Positions 1 through 9,657 of a stretch of DNA of 23,472 nt are shown in pieces. The stretch lies in contig JACRCW010000071.1 of the NCBI GenBank assembly GCA_016218805.1, positions 62,001 through 85,472 of the forward strand. The letters run 5' to 3'. The translations under genes and the position numbers were made by a program. The notes under the pieces were generated by a model that was not told the DNA's origin, did no database searches, and saw only the letters and a program-made list of their open reading frames with translations. This stretch comes from Deltaproteobacteria bacterium. Lineage in GTDB: Bacteria > Myxococcota > JACRCW01. The first letter of the stretch is position 1; every line of letters starts with the position of its first letter.

Positions 1-2462
1 CGCGTGGAGGACGTGACGGAGCTGGTGCGGGCCAGTGCGCTGGGTGAGGAGCTGCGCGGCCGCACGCGGGAGATGGAACAGGAGGTGCTCGCACGCAGCC
101 GTGAGCTGGCGGACGCCAAACGCGAGCTGCGGGCAGCCAACGAGAAACTCGCGCAATGGGATGCGGCCAGGACAGCCTTTTTCAGCAACGTCAGTCATGA
201 GTTCCGCACGCCGTTGACGCTCATTCTCGGCCCGACCCAGGACGCGCTGGCATCCCCGGGCGGTGCGCTGGCCGGCGACGCGCTGCAGGTGGTCCACCGC
301 AACACCCACCGCCTGATGCGGCTGGTGAATTCGCTGCTGGACTTCTCGCGCATGGAAGCGGGGCGCATGCAGGCGTCCTACCAACCCTGTGACCTGGCCG
401 CCGTCACCGCGGAGCTGGCCAGCACCTTCCGCTCCGCCATGGAACGCGCCGGCCTGGTGCTGGACGTCCAGACCCAGGCCCTGCCGGAACCCATCTTTGT
501 GGACCCCGACCTCTGGGAGAAGATCATCCTGAACCTGCTGTCCAACGCCCTGAAGTTCACGTTTGCGGGCACGGTCAGTGTGGCGGTGGCCTGGCGCGGT
601 GACCACGCCGAGGTGCGCGTGGCGGACACCGGCACCGGCGTCCCGGCCCATGAGCTGCCCCGCATCTTTGAGCGCTTCCACCGCGTGGCGGGGGCACGCT
701 CGCGCTCGCATGAGGGTTCCGGCATTGGGCTGGCCCTGGTGCATGACCTGGTGGCCCTGCACGGCGGCACCGTCACGGTCAGCAGCACTCCCGGCGTGGG
801 CACCACCTTCACGCTGGCCATCCCGCGGGACTGCGCCCACCTGGCAGCGGAGCGCGTGCTCTCCGCGCGGAGCACGCCGCGGGCCCCGCCGGACGTGCTC
901 CCCTACGTGGCGGGTGTGCTGCCCACCCCGCCGCCGCCCGCGGCGGACACCGCACCGCCTGACCGGCCACGCCCGGGCGAGCGCGTGCTGGTGGTGGACG
1001 ACAACGCGGACCTGCGCGGCTACCTCACGGCCCTGTTGGGACCGCACTACGCGGTGGACACCGCCGTGGATGGGGTGGAGGCGCTGGAGGCCGCGCGGCA
1101 GCACCGGCCCGCGCTGGTCATCAGTGACGTGATGATGCCGCGAATGGACGATTTTCAATTGTTACGCGCCCTGCGCGCCGACCCGGTGCTGGGTGACACG
1201 CCCGCCATCCTGCTGTCCGCACGGGCGGGCGAGGGCGCCGCGGTGGAGGGCCTGGCGGCGGGTGCGGATGATTACCTGATCAAGCCCTTTGCCGCGCGCG
1301 AGCTGCTGGCGCGCGTGCGCAGCCAGGTGGAGCGGGCGCAGATGCGCCGGCAGCGGTTGCTGTTGGAGTCCGCACCGGACGCCATGGTCATGGTGGATGC
1401 GGGCGGCCGCATCATGCTGGTCAACGCGCCGACGGAGCGGATGTTTGGCTACCCGCGGGAGGACCTGGTGGGGCAGCCGGTGGAAATCCTCATTCCGGAA
1501 CGCCTGCGCGTGGCGCATCACGGGCACCGGGTGGACTTTGCACGGCGCCCGCACGCCCAGGACATGGGGGACCGTGCGGAACTGGTGGGCCGGCGCGCGG
1601 ACGGGACCGAGTTCCCGGCCCGCATCAGCCTCACCCCGGTGCCGGAGGCCGGGGCCCGCGTGGTCTCCGCCGCCATCCGGGACGTGACCGCGCAACGCCG
1701 CGCGGAGGATGAGGCCCGCCGCGCCAACGCCGTGCTGGAGCAACGCGTGGCCGAGCGGACCGCGGAGCTGGAGCACGCCAACAGGGAGTTGGAGTCGTTC
1801 AGCTATTCGGTGGCCCATGACCTGCGCGCGCCCCTGCGCAGCATTGACGGGTTCAGCCAGGCGCTCCTGGAGGACTACCGGGACCGGCTGGATGCCACCG
1901 GACAGAAATACCTGGGATTTGTCCGCGGCTCCGCGCGGGACATGGCGCGCCTCATTGATGACCTGTTGGCGCTGTCACGCGTGGTGCGCAGCGAGTTGCG
2001 GCGCGAGCCGGTGGACCTCAGCGCGCTGGCCGCCGCCACCGTGGATGCGCTGCGCCGCCTCCAGCCGGCACGGCAGGTGGACGTCGTCATCAAGGATGGG
2101 CTTCGGGCCTGCGGTGATCCACACCTGCTCGCGGTGCTGTTGGACAACCTGCTCGGCAACGCGTGGAAGTTCACGTCCCGGCAGGAATACGCCCGCATTG
2201 AGTTCGGGCGGGAGGCGCCCGCGGCCAACCCACCTATTACGTGCGGGACAACGGTGCCGGGTTTGACATGGCCTACGCGGACAAGCTGTTTGGCGTGTTC
2301 CAGCGTCTCCACAGCACCCGCGAGTTTGAAGGCACGGGCGTGGGACTGGCGACGGTCCAGCGCATTGTGCACCGCCACGGTGGCCGCGTGTGGGCCCAGG
2401 GCGCCTTGGGCCGCGGCGCCACCTTCACCTTCACGTTGGGCCGAGAGGAGCCGGGGGCATGA
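1..2462 (+). CDS. Hybrid sensor histidine kinase HisKA-HATPase-REC-PAS-HisKA-HATPase; 5' end outside the window; -1 frameshift at about 2210-2223
   Basis: H-box SHEFRTPL, N-box [12 protein letters not shown]-boxes DTGTG/GSGIGL; receiver [37 protein letters not shown]; second H-box [10 protein letters not shown] and N-box NLLGNAWKF. The rest of the second HATPase ([27 protein letters not shown]) lies in another frame, 2223-2462, ending with an ATGA overlap on the next gene. Confidence 0.9.
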
Positions 2463-2917
2463 GCACGGGGAACGGCGAACGCACCATCCTGCTGGTGGAA
2501 GACAACCCCCGGGACGAGGAACTCACGCTGCGCGCGTTCCACCGCAGCAACATCCTCAACCCGGTGGTGGTTGCGCGTGACGGCGTGGAAGCGCTGGATT
2601 ACCTGTTTGCGCGCGGCGTGCACGCGGGCCGGCAGGCGGGAATGCCGCAAATCATCCTGCTGGACCTCAAGCTGCCCAAGCTGGATGGGCTGGAGGTGCT
2701 GCGGGCCCTCCGGCATGACTCGCGCACCCGGTTGCTGCCCGTGATTGTGCTCACCTCGTCGGCGGAGGAGCAGGACGTGGTGCGCAGCTATGACCTGGGG
2801 GCCAACAGCTTGGTGCGGAAACCGGTTGATTTTGTGCAATTCACGGAAGCGGTGCGGCAATTGGGCCTGTATTGGCTGGTGCTCAACCAGGCCGCGCCCG
2901 CGGGTGGGGGGACCTGA
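2459..2917 (+). CDS. Single-domain response regulator (CheY-like, Rcp1-type)
   Basis: [55 protein letters not shown] at 2459 overlaps the upstream TGA (ATGA). Confidence 0.93.
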   Translation: MSTGNGERTILLVEDNPRDEELTLRAFHRSNILNPVVVARDGVEALDYLFARGVHAGRQAGMPQIILLDLKLPKLDGLEVLRALRHDSRTRLLPVIVLTSSAEEQDVVRSYDLGANSLVRKPVDFVQFTEAVRQLGLYWLVLNQAAPAGGGT

Positions 2918-4504
2918 ATGGGAAAGCCGCTGCGGATGCTCATTGTGGAGGACGTGGAGGCGGACGCGCTGCTGGTGGTGCGGGAGCTGACGCGCGGCGG
3001 CTTTGCGGTGACGTATGACCGCGTGGATGACGCCCCGGCCATGTCCGCGGCGCTGGACCGCCAGGCGTGGGACGTGGTCGTGTCGGACTACTCCATGCCG
3101 CGCTTCAGCGCGCCGGCCGCGCTGGCGCTGGTGCGGGAACGCAACCTGGATATCCCGTTCATCATTGTCTCCGGCACGGTGGGTGAGGAGACCGCCGTGG
3201 ACGCCATGCGCGCGGGCGCGCATGACATCATGTCCAAGGGCCGCTTTGCGCGCCTGGTCCCGGCCATTGAGCGGGAATTGCGGGATGCCGGGCTGCGGGC
3301 GGAGCGGACGCGCATGCACGAGCAGCTGCTGGTGTCTGACCGCATGGCGTCCGTGGGCACGCTGGCGGCGGGCGTGGCGCACGAGATCAACAACCCGCTG
3401 GCCGCGCTGATAGCCAACCTGGACATCACGGTGGCGGCGGTGAGCCGGCTGACGGACGAGGCGCGCCGCGCCTGCCTGGACGGCGCCGGTGGTGCGGCGG
3501 CCACGGCCTACCAGTCCATGGCCCAGCTCCTGCGTGAGGTGGATGAACCGCTGCGGGACGCGCGCGAGGCCGCCGACCGGGTCCGGCTCATTGTGCGCGA
3601 CCTCAAGGTCTTTTCGCGCGCGGACGAGGAACACCGCGGGGCGGTGGACGTCCGCCGCGTGCTGGAGTCCACCCTGCGCATGGCCACCAATGAGATCCGG
3701 CACCGCGCCCAACTGGTGAAGGACTTTGGTGACGTGCCGCCGGTGGAGGGGAACGAAGCGCGCCTGGGACAGGTGTTCCTCAACCTGGTGGTCAACGCCG
3801 CGCAGGCCATTCCGGAGGGACACGCGCACAGCAATGAGATTCGCGTGGTCACCCGGCCGGACGGGCACGGGCACGTGGTGGTGGAGGTGCGGGACACCGG
3901 GGCCGGCATGGCGGAGGCCGTGCTGCCGCGCATCTTTGATCCGTTCTTCAGCACCAAACCCATGGGCGTGGGGACCGGCCTGGGGCTGGCCATCAGCCAC
4001 CGCATTGTCACCGGCCTGGGCGGCCGGATTGAAGTGGAAAGCCGCGTGGGGAAGGGCACGGTGGTCCGGACCATCCTGCCCGTTGCCCGTGGCGCGCCCG
4101 CGGAGGGGCCCGCCCCGGTGGCCTCCACCCCACCCGGACGGCGCGGGCGCATCCTGGTGGTGGATGACGAACGCGCGCTGGCCACCGCCATCCGGCGCAT
4201 GCTGGCACCTGACCACGACGTGGAAACGGTCATCCGGGCGCGCGATGCGATGGACCTGGTGGCGCGGGGCGAGCGCTTTGACATGGTGCTGTGTGACCTG
4301 TTGATGCCGGAGATGACCGGCATGGACCTGCACGCGGAATGGACGCGCACCGCGCCGGGGCACGCGGAGTCACTGGTGTTCATGACCGGCGGCGCGTTCA
4401 CCCCGCGCGCCCGCGAGTTCCTCAACCGGGTCAGCAATCCGCGGCTGGAGAAACCGTTTGATGCGGCGCAATTGCGGGCATTGGTCCATGGGTTGCTGCG
4501 GTAA
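2918..4504 (+). CDS. Hybrid histidine kinase/response regulator REC-HisKA-HATPase-REC
   Basis: N-terminal REC (LIVED..VSDYSMP), H-box GVAHEINNPL, N-box QVFLNLVVNAAQA, DTGAG, FFSTK..GTGLGL, C-terminal REC (LVVDDE..LCDLLMP..EKPF). Starts immediately after the previous stop. Confidence 0.93.
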   Translation: MGKPLRMLIVEDVEADALLVVRELTRGGFAVTYDRVDDAPAMSAALDRQAWDVVVSDYSMPRFSAPAALALVRERNLDIPFIIVSGTVGEETAVDAMRAGAHDIMSKGRFARLVPAIERELRDAGLRAERTRMHEQLLVSDRMASVGTLAAGVAHEINNPLAALIANLDITVAAVSRLTDEARRACLDGAGGAAATAYQSMAQLLREVDEPLRDAREAADRVRLIVRDLKVFSRADEEHRGAVDVRRVLESTLRMATNEIRHRAQLVKDFGDVPPVEGNEARLGQVFLNLVVNAAQAIPEGHAHSNEIRVVTRPDGHGHVVVEVRDTGAGMAEAVLPRIFDPFFSTKPMGVGTGLGLAISHRIVTGLGGRIEVESRVGKGTVVRTILPVARGAPAEGPAPVASTPPGRRGRILVVDDERALATAIRRMLAPDHDVETVIRARDAMDLVARGERFDMVLCDLLMPEMTGMDLHAEWTRTAPGHAESLVFMTGGAFTPRAREFLNRVSNPRLEKPFDAAQLRALVHGLLR

Positions 4505-4559
4505 CAACACCCGGCCGCGCCTCAGGTGGGCGTGGTAGCGTCACCGCCCCGGCCCACCC

Positions 4560-6146
4560 ATGCGCTCCTGCCCCACCTGCCTGGCTGTTACGGACGGAGC
4601 AACCTGCCCCGCGGACGGAACCCCCACGCGCGAGGACCCGCTGCTGGGGACCGTGCTGGACGGGAGATTTGAGATTGTGGCGCCGCTGGGGCACGGCGGG
4701 ATGGGCACCGTGTACCGCGCCGTGGAGCGGTCACTGGACCGTGCGGTGGCCGTGAAGGTCCTCCGTCCCACGCTGGTGCTGGACGCCTCCTCCCAGGCCC
4801 GCTTCATGCGCGAAGTCCGCGTGCTCGCCGCGCTGCGCCATCCGGGCATTGTGGTGCTGCACCACTGGGGGCAGGGGCCGCAGGGTCCGTACATGGTCAC
4901 GGAACTGCTGGAGGGCGAAACGCTGGCGGTGCGCCTGCAACGGCACGGCGCGCTCACCGTCACCGCGGCCTGCCGCATCACCGGCCACGTGGCACGCGCG
5001 TTGGGACAGGCGCACCACCGCGGCGTGGTCCACCGGGACCTCAAGCCGGACAACATCTTCCTGGACCGCATGGAGGACGGGCAGGAGGCGGTGAAGGTGC
5101 TGGACTTCGGGATTGCCAAGTTCTTCCAGAAGCCGCGCCGCTCGTCGGACGGCGGCTGGGACAGCTTCTCCACGGCCACGCATGACCTGGTGGGCACGCC
5201 CGCGTATTTCTCGCCCGAGCAGGTCCGCGAGGAGGAACTGGACGGCCGCAGCGACCTGTTCACGCTGGGCACCATCCTGTTCCAGTGCGTGGCCGGACGG
5301 CTCCCGTTTGCGGGCGCGGACGGGCCCACCACATTGCTGGCGCTGCTGGAGAAGGAACCCGCACCGCTGCCGCCGGGCTTGCCGGACGAGCTGGTTCACC
5401 TGGTGCGCTGGCTGCTGCAGAAGGACCCCGCGCGCCGCCCCGCCCACGCCGCCGAAGTGGCGCCGTTGCTGGAGGACCTGGCCCTGCGCTCGCGGGAGCG
5501 CGTGGAGCGGACGCTGGTCATGGCGCCCGCTCCGGCGTGGGACGGGCCCACGCTCGCGGAGGGTGGCGGCGCGCCGGGCCGCGCGCGCGCGGGACTGCTG
5601 GTGGGCGTGGCGCTGGCCTCAGGTCTGGTGGCGTCGGTGGGAACGTGGGCAGCGGGGACGCGCACGGCTCCCCCGCAACCGGAGCCCACCGTGCCCGCGG
5701 TCCCCGCGGCGGTGGACGCGCCGTCGCCGCCGCCGCCGGAGCCGGCCGCGCCCGCGGGGCAGCCGCACGCTGAGCCGGGTGAACCACCGGTGGTTGCGGA
5801 CCCGGCGCTCCCGGAGCGGCCGCGCCGCCCGGTGCGCGCCACGCCCAAAGCCACCAATCCCGAAGCGCTGCGACGTGAGATCGCCGCCCGCCTGGTGCGC
5901 GAGGCGAGCCGCCAGCTGCTGGAGGGGCAGTTTGAAGCGGCGGAAGGCCGCGCGCGCGGCGCCCTGGAGATGCACCCGCAGAACGTGGAAGCACACCGGT
6001 TGCTGGGCGTGGTGCTCACCCGCCTGGGCCGCCACTGTGACGCCAAGGCCTACTACCGGCAGTTGCTGGCGCTGGAGCCCGGCACCGCGCAGGCCGGCCG
6101 CGTGGAGGAGATCCTCAAGGACGCCAGCTTCTCCCGCTGCCCTTAG
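4560..6146 (+). CDS. Membrane-anchored Hanks-type Ser/Thr protein kinase with Pro-rich linker and C-terminal TPR-like domain
   Basis: LGHGGMGTVY, VAVKVL, HRDLKPDN, VLDFGIAK, GTPAYFSPEQ, SDLFTLG; N-terminal CxxC..C knuckle; hydrophobic segment LLVGVALASGLVASVGTWAA; TPR-like AHRLLGVVLTRLG..AKAYYRQLLALEP. Confidence 0.93.
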   Translation: MRSCPTCLAVTDGATCPADGTPTREDPLLGTVLDGRFEIVAPLGHGGMGTVYRAVERSLDRAVAVKVLRPTLVLDASSQARFMREVRVLAALRHPGIVVLHHWGQGPQGPYMVTELLEGETLAVRLQRHGALTVTAACRITGHVARALGQAHHRGVVHRDLKPDNIFLDRMEDGQEAVKVLDFGIAKFFQKPRRSSDGGWDSFSTATHDLVGTPAYFSPEQVREEELDGRSDLFTLGTILFQCVAGRLPFAGADGPTTLLALLEKEPAPLPPGLPDELVHLVRWLLQKDPARRPAHAAEVAPLLEDLALRSRERVERTLVMAPAPAWDGPTLAEGGGAPGRARAGLLVGVALASGLVASVGTWAAGTRTAPPQPEPTVPAVPAAVDAPSPPPPEPAAPAGQPHAEPGEPPVVADPALPERPRRPVRATPKATNPEALRREIAARLVREASRQLLEGQFEAAEGRARGALEMHPQNVEAHRLLGVVLTRLGRHCDAKAYYRQLLALEPGTAQAGRVEEILKDASFSRCP

Positions 6147-6173
6147 CCGCCCCAGGTCCACCAAACCTGCCCG

Positions 6174-6200
6174 CTGCATGGGCCGGGCTTGGCCATGCAG
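6174..6200 (+). terminator. Stem-loop downstream of the kinase gene (possible terminator)
   Basis: CTGCATGG(G)CC-gggctt-GGCCATGCAG inverted repeat about 28 nt after the stop; no U-tract. Confidence 0.3.
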
Positions 6201-6324
6201 ACCATCATTGCTCAAGGCCAGGTCCGCGGGCTAAACAAGAGCCACTGTCGGGGGGTCGCAGATCAATTTGATTTCGATTCCGTGCACAGGGGGCGCGGCC
6301 TTTCCACCGCGCCGGGGAGGTCAC

Positions 6325-8886
6325 GTGTCGAGATGGATCACGGTGGTAGGTGCCGTTGTTGTTTCTCTTACGCTGTCCTGCGGAAAACCCGGACCCGAAG
6401 GTGCAGCGGGACCCGCCGGAGAACCCGGAGAACGGGGCCCGGCCGGCGCCACCGGCCCAACGGGTCCTATTGGGCCCACGGGGCCTCGTGGGCCTGCCGG
6501 GCCGGCGGGGCCAACTGGCGACACCGGCGGCACCGGCGCCACAGGTGATACCGGGCCGATTGGGCCGACGGGTGCAACGGGTGATACCGGGGCGACGGGT
6601 GCGACGGGCGACACGGGGGCTGTGGGTGCAGCCGGATCCAACGCGCTCATCAGGACCCGTGATGAACCCGCGGGAACCCAATGCGCCGCCGGCGGCACGC
6701 GAATGGATGCCGGCGCGGACACCAATGCCAATGGGACGCTGGACGACGCGGAGATTGCGGTCACTTCCTACGTCTGCAACGGAGCCGCGGGTGCAAGTTC
6801 CCTGGTGCGCACCGCAGCGGAGCCGGCCGGCGGGAACTGCATTGGTGGCGGTTTCCGGATCCAGTCGGGTTCCGACGACGACAACAACGGCACCCTGGAT
6901 GACGCCGAGGTCACCATGACCACCTACGCCTGTATTCCGGTGCCGGCTCCCCGGTCCGCCTGCGACGACGCCCGCCCCCTGGTTGAAGGCGTCACCTCCG
7001 GCGACCTGTCAGACCGTGAGGACACCTTCCTGGGTTGCCGCACCAGCGGAGTGCCGGGGGCGCTTCGCATGGGTGAGGGCACGCCGGACCAGGCCTGGTC
7101 CCTGTACGTGGCGCGCCGTGCACGCATCAGCGTGTACGCGCGGGGCCGTGAACTGGCGCTCTACCTCAGGCGCGGCGTTGACTGCGCCGCGTCAGCCCTG
7201 GTTTACGGTGCCTGCTCGGATGCGTCCTCCGCCGACGGTGAGGTTCTGACCCAGGTACTGGATCCCGGCCAATATTGGGTCATTGTCGAAGGGACCGCGA
7301 CGGCCGGCGGCGACTATGACATTCACTATCGCGTGGAGGATCCCTGCGACGGGGACCTGGCGTACGGCCGCTGCGAGGGCCCCGCCAGCGTCCGCTGGTG
7401 CATTGTCCCGCCTGCGGGCGTCCGCAATCCCCAAACCGCGTCCCTGGCCTGCCCAGCAGGTGAATCCTGCAGAACCGTGGACGGCGCGGCCAACTGCTTC
7501 CTGGACCGGGTGACGACGACCTGTCCCACGCCGGGCTACGTCTGTCGCGATGCCAACACGCTGATCCGGTGCGATGCGCCGGGCGCGCCCACCGTCATCC
7601 CGTGCACCAACGGGTGCAAGGAAACCCAATCCGGAGGCATGTGCCTGTCCGGGGACCCCACCACCCGCTTCTCCGCACAGTTCTCCTATGAGTACCGGGA
7701 ACCCAACGCCGAGCTGAGCGATTGGGGCTCTGAAACGCTCACGGCCCCGCTGCCAGGCGCCATGGTGGTGAGCTGGCATTGGGACGGGACGCAGCTGCAG
7801 TGGCTGGATGACACGGTGACGGACCCGGAGGGGAACTACACCGTTGATGTGGTGGACCCGCCGGACCCGCAGGACCTGGTCATTGTGTACGCGGCCTATC
7901 CGCGCCTGCTGGGCGGCGGCGCCGTGGCCTTTGCGGTGGCCACGCCGGCGGTCCCCACCGGCACGCAACCGGTTGCCACGGTGGTGGATGGCGTCACCTA
8001 CTCCTGGTCCGTGGCGCCGTACGATCACGGGTCTGGCCGCACCTATGTCATTACGGAGGCACTTGGCTCTGCAGCGGCGCGGGTGTTTGACGGCATGCGC
8101 GTGGTGTTCCAGAACACCGCGCAGCTCTACTACCGCGGCAGCTACGCACAGAGCCTGGTGGTGTGGCTCAAGACGGGAACGTCGTGGAGTTGCGGCGAGT
8201 GCCTGTGGGCGTCTCCTACGCCCGCGCTGGGCGGCTTTGATACACAGATGTTCATCAATGGCAGTGCGTCAGACGCCCAGTACTGGGCGGACGCCGTGAC
8301 CTTTCACGAAATAGGACATTGGGTCATGGCTTCATTTGGCCAGTCCCCGGGAGAAGGCGGCACGCACTGGTTGGGGGTCCCGTACTTTCCCGGCATGGCC
8401 TGGTCCGAAGGGTTTGCCACCTGGCTCTCCAGCGACTGGCGCGCCGACACGCGCTACATCGACAAGCAGGGCGGATCGATGTTCTGGCTGGACCTCAACT
8501 GGCGTGAACACGGCTCCGGATCACCGTGGCTCCGGCCCGTTCCCGCGGACGGCCTGTTCCAGCGGATGTACGAAAACGAAGTGTCGGCGACGTTGTGGAC
8601 GCTGTCCTCCAACCCGACGGTTGGTCCCAATCCCGTGTATTGGGCCCTCAACTCAGTCCGGGCGCAGGCCCCCACGCGGGGCTACACACGCCGCACCTGG
8701 GACGTGGATGCCCAAGGGGAGCCCATCAACGTGGTGGACACCCGGGAGCCGGCGGTGATGTTCGCGGACTTCCTGGATGCTCTCGTGTGTTCGGCTTCAC
8801 CCGCGGACATTGCCACGCACGTGGATGCCGCGGTGGAGCCGTCTGCGTACTACCCCTACAACGCCGCGTCGGCGGTGTGCCCGTGA
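6325..8886 (+). CDS. Lipoprotein with collagen-like stalk, two Ca-binding-like repeats, PPC-like and Cys-rich domains and a C-terminal HEXXH zinc-metalloprotease-like domain
   Basis: GGAGG at 6316-6320 before GTG 6325; signal peptide with lipobox LTLS-C19; 29 G-X-Y triplets; two EPAGxxCxxGG..[12 protein letters not shown] repeats; [15 protein letters not shown]-like strand; HEIGH at 8305-8319 with downstream AWSEGFA. Confidence 0.8.
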   Translation: MSRWITVVGAVVVSLTLSCGKPGPEGAAGPAGEPGERGPAGATGPTGPIGPTGPRGPAGPAGPTGDTGGTGATGDTGPIGPTGATGDTGATGATGDTGAVGAAGSNALIRTRDEPAGTQCAAGGTRMDAGADTNANGTLDDAEIAVTSYVCNGAAGASSLVRTAAEPAGGNCIGGGFRIQSGSDDDNNGTLDDAEVTMTTYACIPVPAPRSACDDARPLVEGVTSGDLSDREDTFLGCRTSGVPGALRMGEGTPDQAWSLYVARRARISVYARGRELALYLRRGVDCAASALVYGACSDASSADGEVLTQVLDPGQYWVIVEGTATAGGDYDIHYRVEDPCDGDLAYGRCEGPASVRWCIVPPAGVRNPQTASLACPAGESCRTVDGAANCFLDRVTTTCPTPGYVCRDANTLIRCDAPGAPTVIPCTNGCKETQSGGMCLSGDPTTRFSAQFSYEYREPNAELSDWGSETLTAPLPGAMVVSWHWDGTQLQWLDDTVTDPEGNYTVDVVDPPDPQDLVIVYAAYPRLLGGGAVAFAVATPAVPTGTQPVATVVDGVTYSWSVAPYDHGSGRTYVITEALGSAAARVFDGMRVVFQNTAQLYYRGSYAQSLVVWLKTGTSWSCGECLWASPTPALGGFDTQMFINGSASDAQYWADAVTFHEIGHWVMASFGQSPGEGGTHWLGVPYFPGMAWSEGFATWLSSDWRADTRYIDKQGGSMFWLDLNWREHGSGSPWLRPVPADGLFQRMYENEVSATLWTLSSNPTVGPNPVYWALNSVRAQAPTRGYTRRTWDVDAQGEPINVVDTREPAVMFADFLDALVCSASPADIATHVDAAVEPSAYYPYNAASAVCP
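6382..6642 (+). repeat. Collagen-like (Gly-X-Y)29 coding repeat
   Basis: Uninterrupted [12 protein letters not shown] ... GPT/GAT/GDT ... GSN; 9-bp periodic DNA with diverged synonymous positions. Confidence 0.92.
6643..6933 (+). repeat. Two tandem ~50-aa Cys/Asp-rich repeats (resemble a myxobacterial DUF7151-type unit)
   Basis: [45 protein letters not shown] versus [45 protein letters not shown]. The family name is from recall. Confidence 0.7.
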
Positions 8887-8897
8887 AGGAGTCCATC

Positions 8898-9410
8898 ATG
8901 AAGACCGGAGTCATCGCGATCCTCTCCGCCGGGTTTCTGGGTTGTGCCGTTGACCCCATGCCGGAGTCCACCGCCCTGGGGGAATCCACGCTTTCACCCC
9001 CGCTCGTCATGACGCTGCATGTGACGCCATCATCCCAGGGCAGCGTCCTTGTGGCCCGCGTGGAACTGCAGCGCCAGGCGGCGCTGGGTGTCCCCGTTGA
9101 GGTGGTGTGGGAACTGCCCAGCGGCGTATCCATGTCCCAGGGCAAAGCCCGTGAAACCGTGCCTGATGGCGAGCGCAGCGTGACGCGCATCTACGAGTTC
9201 CGGGTCCTTGGGGTGCCAGCTGACGACCTCGTTGTTCGCGCTGAGGCTGGGGGCGCGCATTGGGGAGTCATTGCCAGGCAGGCCTATGCATTTGGCCGCA
9301 GCCCGGCGGCCGCCGTTGAAGCCATGCGCTCCCCACGGAGTATCCGCTGGCGGGGTGTGGAGATGGGTCACGCCATTCCATTGGACTCCACACCCGTGAA
9401 GCGGCGCTGA
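8898..9410 (+). CDS. Small lipoprotein (170 aa), beta-rich/Ig-like, hypothetical partner of the upstream protease
   Basis: AAGGAG at 8886-8891, ATG 8898, 11 nt after the upstream stop; MKTGVIAILSAGFLG-C lipobox; alternating beta-strand pattern (VEVVWELPSGV). Confidence 0.75.
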   Translation: MKTGVIAILSAGFLGCAVDPMPESTALGESTLSPPLVMTLHVTPSSQGSVLVARVELQRQAALGVPVEVVWELPSGVSMSQGKARETVPDGERSVTRIYEFRVLGVPADDLVVRAEAGGAHWGVIARQAYAFGRSPAAAVEAMRSPRSIRWRGVEMGHAIPLDSTPVKRR

Positions 9411-9422
9411 CACCGGCACGGT

Positions 9423-9460
9423 GCGGCGGGCGCCCACGCCATCAAACAGGCGCCCGCCGC
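9423..9460 (+). terminator. Perfect 12-bp GC stem-loop after the lipoprotein pair
   Basis: GCGGCGGGCGCC (9423-9434) / GGCGCCCGCCGC (9449-9460), 14-nt loop, 12 nt after the stop; no U-tract. Confidence 0.5.
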
Positions 9461-9657
9461 CCAATGCGCTGCTCCATGTTGCGATTTGGCATCAGAAGGC
9501 GCGGCAACGCCAGAGCCGCATCCGCGCGCCGGACTCGGTTGCCGCTGTCACACACCCGTACCCGACAGGTGATCAGCGGCGGGTCCCGGGAAGAACCTTC
9601 CCCGGCGGGCGGGCCCAGTGACAGGATGCGCGCGACCCAAGAGGTCCGGAGGCACAC

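Noticed and set aside
2223..2580. C-terminal tail of the 858-aa ORF as a novel domain
   Set aside because: Out-of-frame read-through after the frameshift; it overlaps the response regulator gene.
2273..4363. 696-aa minus-strand ORF, and similar long ORFs at 12173-13945, 19611-21119 and 13514-14629
   Set aside because: Shadow ORFs antisense to clear genes; long stop-free frames are expected at this GC content and the translations carry no motifs.
6200..6324. Possible c-di-GMP riboswitch or sigma54 site upstream of the collagen gene
   Set aside because: No GNRA P2 loop or GCAAA motifs in the correct layout; the GGCGCG-N4-TTCC candidate lacks the invariant -12 GC and is better explained as a 7-bp hairpin (6292-6313) before the RBS.
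6382..6642. Periodic repeats as a CRISPR array or VNTR
   Set aside because: 9-bp codon periodicity of a collagen domain; no constant repeat with unique spacers and no cas genes.
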